A stretch of DNA of 64,000 bases from Alphaproteobacteria bacterium. Lineage in GTDB: Bacteria; Pseudomonadota; Alphaproteobacteria; UBA828. The notes under the pieces are model-generated. The model saw nothing but the letters and a program-made list of their open reading frames with translations, did no database searches and was not told the DNA's origin. The position numbers were made by a program, and so were the translations under genes. Of the stretch, positions 59,441 to 64,000 are shown one piece after another (the first letter of the stretch is position 1; each line of letters begins with the position of its first letter). The stretch is from contig CAXXMU010000006.1 in the NCBI GenBank assembly GCA_963667785.2, forward strand, positions 640,001 through 704,000, read 5' to 3'.

Positions 59441-59899
59441 CTAGCCCCGCTCGTCGGCGAGCCCGCCGATGAACTCCTCGAAGTCCTTCTTCTCGCCGAA
59501 GTTCTTGTAGACCGAGGCGAAGCGGACATAGGCGACCTGATCGAGGGCGCCGAGCGCCTCCATCACCATCTCGCCGATCACGCTGCTCGGGATCTCCGTC
59601 TCGCCCAGGCTCTCGAGGCGGCGGACGATGCCGGTCACGACGTGATCGACCCGGTTGGGCTCGACCGGCCGCTTGCGCAGCGCGATCTGCATCGAGCGCA
59701 GCATCTTCTCGCGCTCGAAGGGAACGCGCTGGCCGTCGTTCTTGATCACCGAGAGCTCGCGAAGCTGGATGCGCTCGAAGGTGGTGAAGCGGCCTGCGCA
59801 GTTGGTGCACTGCCGGCGGCGGCGGATCGCGGTGTTGTCCTCCGTCGGCCGCGAATCCTTCACCTGGGTGTCGTCGTTGCCGCAGAAGGGACAGCGCAC
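59441..59899 (-). CDS. nrdR: Transcriptional repressor NrdR
   Basis: [29 protein letters not shown]. Confidence 0.98.
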   Translation of the reverse strand: MRCPFCGNDDTQVKDSRPTEDNTAIRRRRQCTNCAGRFTTFERIQLRELSVIKNDGQRVPFEREKMLRSMQIALRKRPVEPNRVDHVVTGIVRRLESLGETEIPSSVIGEMVMEALGALDQVAYVRFASVYKNFGEKKDFEEFIGGLADERG

Positions 59900-59912
59900 G
59901 GCGAACCTCCTC

Positions 59913-61223
59913 TCAGGCGTGGCCGGGATAGACCGGGAAGGCGGCGCAGAGCGCCCGGACCTCGGCGCGAATCTCGGCCGCGCGGTCCTCGCCGGCGCCC
60001 GGCGCGCCGGCCTCGATATCGAGCAGATCGGCGATCCAGCCGGCGATCCGCCGGAACTCGCCCTCGCCGAAGCCGCGGCTGGTCGCCGCCGGCGAGCCGA
60101 GCCGGATCCCCGACGTCACCCAGGGCTTCTCGGGATCGAAGGGAACGCCGTTCTTGTTGCAGGTGATGCCGGCCTCTTCCAGCAGGGCTTCCGCGCGCTT
60201 GCCGGTCAGCCCCTTGGCGCGGAGGTCGACGAGCAGGAGGTGGGTGTCGGTACCGCCGGAGACGATGTCGTAGCCGCGTTCGATCAGGGCCGCGGCGAGC
60301 GCCTTGGCGTTGGCCACCACCTGGCGGGCGTAGTCCGCGAACGCGGGTTGCATCGCCTCGCCCAGCGCCACCGCCTTGGCGGCGACGACGTGCTCCAGCG
60401 GCCCGCCCTGAAGGCCGGGGAAGACGGCCGAATCGATGCGCTTCGCCAGCGCCTCGTCGTCGCTCAGGATCATGCCGCCGCGCGGGCCGCGCAGCGTCTT
60501 GTGGGTGGTCGTGGTGACGATGTGGGCGTGCGGGAAGGGGCTGGGATGGATCCCCGCCGCGACCAGGCCGGCAAAGTGGGCCATGTCGACCATGAAGAGC
60601 GCGCCGACCTCGTCGGCGATCGCGCGGAAGCGCGCGAAGTCGATGATGCGCGGATAGGCGGAGCCGCCGGCGAGGATCAGCTTCGGCTTCTCGGCCCGGG
60701 CGAGCGCCGCCACCTCGTCGTGGTCGATCAGCCCGTCCTGACGGCGGACGCCGTACTGGATCGCCTTGAACCACTTGCCCGAGAGGTTGGGCGGCGCGCC
60801 GTGGGTGAGGTGCCCGCCGGCCGCGAGCGACATGCCGAGAAAGGCGTCGCCGGGCTGCAGCGAGGCGAGAAACGCCGCCTGGTTCGCCTGCGCGCCCGAG
60901 TGGGGCTGCACGTTGGCGAAGCCGCAGCCGAAGATCGCGATTGCCCGCTCGATGGCCAACCGCTCGCCGATGTCGACGTTCTCGCAGCCGCCGTAGTAGC
61001 GCCGGCCGGGATAGCCCTCGGCATACTTGTTGGTGAGCACTGAGCCCTGGGCATCCAGCACCGCGCGGCTCACGATGTTCTCCGACGCGATCAGCTCGAT
61101 GGTCGTCTGCAGGCGTTCCACCTCGCCGGCCACGGCCGCGTATACCGCCGGATCGGACTCGCTGAGCGGTGTCGTGAAGAATGCGGCTCCGGCGCCCCCC
61201 TCGGGGCGGGTGGTGGCGGCCAT
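59913..61223 (-). CDS. glyA: Serine hydroxymethyltransferase
   Basis: [36 protein letters not shown]. Confidence 0.98.
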   Translation of the reverse strand: MAATTRPEGGAGAAFFTTPLSESDPAVYAAVAGEVERLQTTIELIASENIVSRAVLDAQGSVLTNKYAEGYPGRRYYGGCENVDIGERLAIERAIAIFGCGFANVQPHSGAQANQAAFLASLQPGDAFLGMSLAAGGHLTHGAPPNLSGKWFKAIQYGVRRQDGLIDHDEVAALARAEKPKLILAGGSAYPRIIDFARFRAIADEVGALFMVDMAHFAGLVAAGIHPSPFPHAHIVTTTTHKTLRGPRGGMILSDDEALAKRIDSAVFPGLQGGPLEHVVAAKAVALGEAMQPAFADYARQVVANAKALAAALIERGYDIVSGGTDTHLLLVDLRAKGLTGKRAEALLEEAGITCNKNGVPFDPEKPWVTSGIRLGSPAATSRGFGEGEFRRIAGWIADLLDIEAGAPGAGEDRAAEIRAEVRALCAAFPVYPGHA

Positions 61224-61252
61224 GAGCGGTTCCTCTTCTCTGCCGGCCGGGC

Positions 61253-61687
61253 TCAGGCGAGCTTGGCGACGCGCGCGCTGTGGCGGCCGCCTTCGAATTC
61301 GGTGTCCAGAAACGCCTGCAGGCAGCGGCGCGCATCGTCTTCCGTGATGCGCCGGGCGCCGAGGGCGAGCACGTTGGCGTCGTTGTGGGCGCGCGCGAGC
61401 CGGGCCTCCTCCTCGTCGCGGCAGAGCGCGCCGCGCACCGCGCGGCTGCGATTGACAGCGATGCTCATGCCGATGCCGCTCCCGCAGATGAGCACGCCCC
61501 GGTCGGCGCGCCCGCTCTCGATCGCCCGTGCCAGGGCCTGCGCGTAGTCGGGGTAGTCGACCGGGCCGTCGCCTGCCGGGCCCAAGTCGATCACCTCGCG
61601 TCCCGCCGCCTCGAGGGCTGTGCGCAGCACCGCCTTGAGGCCGACGCCCGCATGGTCGGAGGCGATGGCGAATCGCCGGTCTGACAT
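61253..61687 (-). CDS. rpiB: Ribose-5-phosphate isomerase B
   Basis: ASDHAG, DYPD, CGSGIGM, HNDAN, FEGGRH. Confidence 0.96.
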   Translation of the reverse strand: MSDRRFAIASDHAGVGLKAVLRTALEAAGREVIDLGPAGDGPVDYPDYAQALARAIESGRADRGVLICGSGIGMSIAVNRSRAVRGALCRDEEEARLARAHNDANVLALGARRITEDDARRCLQAFLDTEFEGGRHSARVAKLA

Positions 61688-61826
61688 GGCCACCCGTCCC
61701 GCGCGGTCCGTGCGCGGCCCTGTATACGCCGATGGCCGAAGGCCGGGCAACACTTGTCGATGCACCCGTCCTTATGCGCCCGCCCGCGCGCCCGCTACAA
61801 TATATGGGCCGAGCGCGGAGGAAGCC

Positions 61827-63530
61827 ATGGATGTGGTCACGATGAACATCGTCGAATCGACGATGCTCTCGATCTGCCGGGAAATGGGCATCACCATGAT
61901 GAAGACGTCCTACTCGACGATCTTCAACGAATCGCTCGACTTCAGCTGCGCCATCGCCGACGCCGACGGCGAGATGATCGCGGTCGCCGACTACTGCCCG
62001 GCGCAGATCGGCGGCATGACGCTGCTCATCAAGTCATGCATCCGCGAGATGGCGGGCGAGGCGGTGCGGGACGGCGACGTCATCATGCACAACGACCCCT
62101 ACCGGGGCGGGCTGCACACGCCCGAGCACACCTTCTTCACCCCCTTCTTCGTGGACGGCGAATTCATGGGCTACGCGGTCGCCATCGGCCATGTCGCCGA
62201 GGTGGGCGGCATGGTGCCGGGCGGCTTCGCCAGCGAGGCCACCGAGATCTTCCACGAGGGCCTGCGCGTGCCCCCGGTCAAGATCAAGAAGCAGGGCCGG
62301 GACGTGGACGAGGTCTGGAAGCTGCTGCTCGCGAACGTCCGCACGCCCCGCTACAACTACGGCGACTACCGCTCCATGATCAGCGCCTGCGAGCTCGGCG
62401 CCCAGCGCATGGCCGGGCTGATCCGCAAGTACGGCGTGCCGCTCTTCCGCCGGACGGTCGCCGACCTCATGGACTATTCCGAATCTCGCATGCGGGCGGA
62501 GATCGCCGCCATCCCCGACGGCTCGTACTCCTTCGAGGACGTCATGGAGGACGACGGGATCGACGCCCGGCCCTACCGCATCGCCGTCGACATGGTGGTG
62601 CAGGGCGACGAGATCGTCGCCGATTTCGGCCGCTCGGACGCCCAGGCGAAGGGCGCGATCAACGCCACCCTCGGCGTCACCTGCTCCGCCACCTACAACG
62701 CCATGCTGCATCTCACCGACCCGTCGATCCCGCGCAACGCGGGCTGCTACCGGCCGATCCGCGTGCTGGCGCGCCCGGCGACGGTGGTGAACGTGGACTT
62801 CCCGGCGCCGGAGGTCGGCGGCAACACCGAGACCCACGTCCGCATCTGCTACACGGTGATCGCCGCGCTCTCCCGCTGCCTGCCAGAGCGCGCGTTTGCC
62901 ACCGACGCCGGCACCCACGGCAACTTCCTCTTCGGCGGCCACGATCCGGTCAGCGACGAGTATTACGTCTGCTACGACTTCATGGTCGGCGGCTGGGGCG
63001 GGCGGCCCTTCGCCGACGGCAACAACACCTGCAACCTGATCAACGGCAACTGCCACACCGTGCCGGTCGAGGTCTACGAGAGCCGCTACCCCTGGCTCGT
63101 CGAGAACCTCTCGCTCACCGAGGATTCGGGCGGCGCCGGCAAGTACCGGGGCGGGCTCGGCTCGACCAAGACGCTGGAATGCACGGCCGACGAGATCACC
63201 ATCAGCTACATGGCGGACCGCCACCGCAACACCCCCTGGGGTCTCTTCGGCGGCGGCGACGGCGGCTCGGCCGCGCTGCTCATCAAGAAGGCGAACGAGA
63301 GCGCCTGGAAGGACGTCTGCGAAGGCTACGACAAGGTCTCGCCCAGCAAGTTCGGCAACGTCTCGGTGCGACGCGGCGATCGCGTCCGGCTCATGTCGGG
63401 CGGTGGCGGCGGCTACGGCCCGGTGGCGGAGCGGGCGCGCGAGCTGGTGGCCGAAGACGTGGCCGAGGGCTTCGTCTCGGCGGAAGCCGCCGCCGAGCAC
63501 TACGGCCGCGCGGCGCGCGCGGCGGAGTAG
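61827..63530 (+). CDS. Hydantoinase B / oxoprolinase family protein
   Basis: [46 protein letters not shown]. Confidence 0.94.
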   Translation: MDVVTMNIVESTMLSICREMGITMMKTSYSTIFNESLDFSCAIADADGEMIAVADYCPAQIGGMTLLIKSCIREMAGEAVRDGDVIMHNDPYRGGLHTPEHTFFTPFFVDGEFMGYAVAIGHVAEVGGMVPGGFASEATEIFHEGLRVPPVKIKKQGRDVDEVWKLLLANVRTPRYNYGDYRSMISACELGAQRMAGLIRKYGVPLFRRTVADLMDYSESRMRAEIAAIPDGSYSFEDVMEDDGIDARPYRIAVDMVVQGDEIVADFGRSDAQAKGAINATLGVTCSATYNAMLHLTDPSIPRNAGCYRPIRVLARPATVVNVDFPAPEVGGNTETHVRICYTVIAALSRCLPERAFATDAGTHGNFLFGGHDPVSDEYYVCYDFMVGGWGGRPFADGNNTCNLINGNCHTVPVEVYESRYPWLVENLSLTEDSGGAGKYRGGLGSTKTLECTADEITISYMADRHRNTPWGLFGGGDGGSAALLIKKANESAWKDVCEGYDKVSPSKFGNVSVRRGDRVRLMSGGGGGYGPVAERARELVAEDVAEGFVSAEAAAEHYGRAARAAE

Positions 63531-63535
63531 CGGGG

Positions 63536-63742
63536 CTAGGACTCCGGCCTCGGCCGGGGCGGGCGGCGGGTCGCGGCCTCGACGTCCGCCGCAGTCCAGC
63601 GCCGCCCGTCGCGGGTGAGGAAGCCGCGCGCGTTGAGATGCCGGGCCAGAGCCTCCGCGTCCCGCGCGCCGCGCGAGCGGGCGAACGCCAGCTCCGCCCG
63701 GATGCGGTCCGCGAAGTAGTCGCTCTTTCCGCCCGCGCTCAC
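63536..63742 (-). CDS. Small recombinase-like helix-turn-helix protein
   Basis: EALARHLNARGFLTRDGRRWT resembles the serine-recombinase DNA-binding subdomain. Confidence 0.6.
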   Translation of the reverse strand: MSAGGKSDYFADRIRAELAFARSRGARDAEALARHLNARGFLTRDGRRWTAADVEAATRRPPRPRPES

Positions 63743-63745
63743 GCC

Positions 63746-64000
63746 CTAGTCCCTCCGCCCCCAGGGGCTTCGAGGCCGCCGTCCCCAGGGGCCGCGCGCG
63801 CCGCCGCGGTCCTGCGGATCGCCGCCGTTGGGCCGGGCGGCGGGCGGCTCCTGCCAGGGCGCGTCGCCGTCGGCTTCGGGATCGGCGGCCTCCTCCTCCC
63901 ATGGGCCCAGTCCGGGGGTCTCGGCCTCCGGCGGCGGCCGGTAGGGCGTCCGCCTGCGGGAGCGGACGAGGCCGCGGTCGAAGAGCGGCACGCCGCGCTT
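63746..64000 (-). CDS. Partial CDS (C-terminus only), hypothetical, low-complexity GPW/PWG-rich tail
   Basis: Frame open to the right edge (KRGVPLFDRG...SPWGRRD*), ends 3 nt before the next start. Confidence 0.55.
   Translation of the reverse strand, partial: KRGVPLFDRGLVRSRRRTPYRPPPEAETPGLGPWEEEAADPEADGDAPWQEPPAARPNGGDPQDRGGARGPWGRRPRSPWGRRD

Overview
GC-rich (about 70% by eye) bacterial chromosomal window. The rpiB-glyA-nrdR-ribD-ribE-ribB-ribH-nusB-thiL cluster, parE and a REP-like palindrome point to an alphaproteobacterium, probably Rhodospirillales-like; a host-associated lifestyle (e.g. sponge symbiont) is an inference only. Most of the window is housekeeping (hemB, dtd, parE, aceB/aceA with a RamB-like regulator, riboflavin cluster) and catabolic genes (penicillin acylase, CoA-transferase, molybdenum hydroxylase MSL with AtuA-like genes, Rieske oxygenase, amidohydrolases, sarcosine dehydrogenase-like, S1P-lyase-like, hydantoinase B). 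The most unusual structure is an imperfect direct repeat of about 650-670 bp (4725-5393 and 9843-10493) made of the hemB 5' end, the divergent intergenic region and the 5' end of a surface-lipoprotein gene. It brackets one large gene for a secreted FG-GAP/ASPIC, InlB-B-repeat, vanadium-haloperoxidase-like fusion. Each repeat copy holds one intact and one broken gene, the pattern expected from single-crossover integration of a circle. Other accessory patches are a lower-GC Zn-ribbon gene at the left edge, a hicBA module, a SulP/DUF1330/IS66-remnant islet and a chrA-remnant islet. No rRNA, tRNA or CRISPR array was seen. All family calls come from motif recognition by eye, not from database searches.
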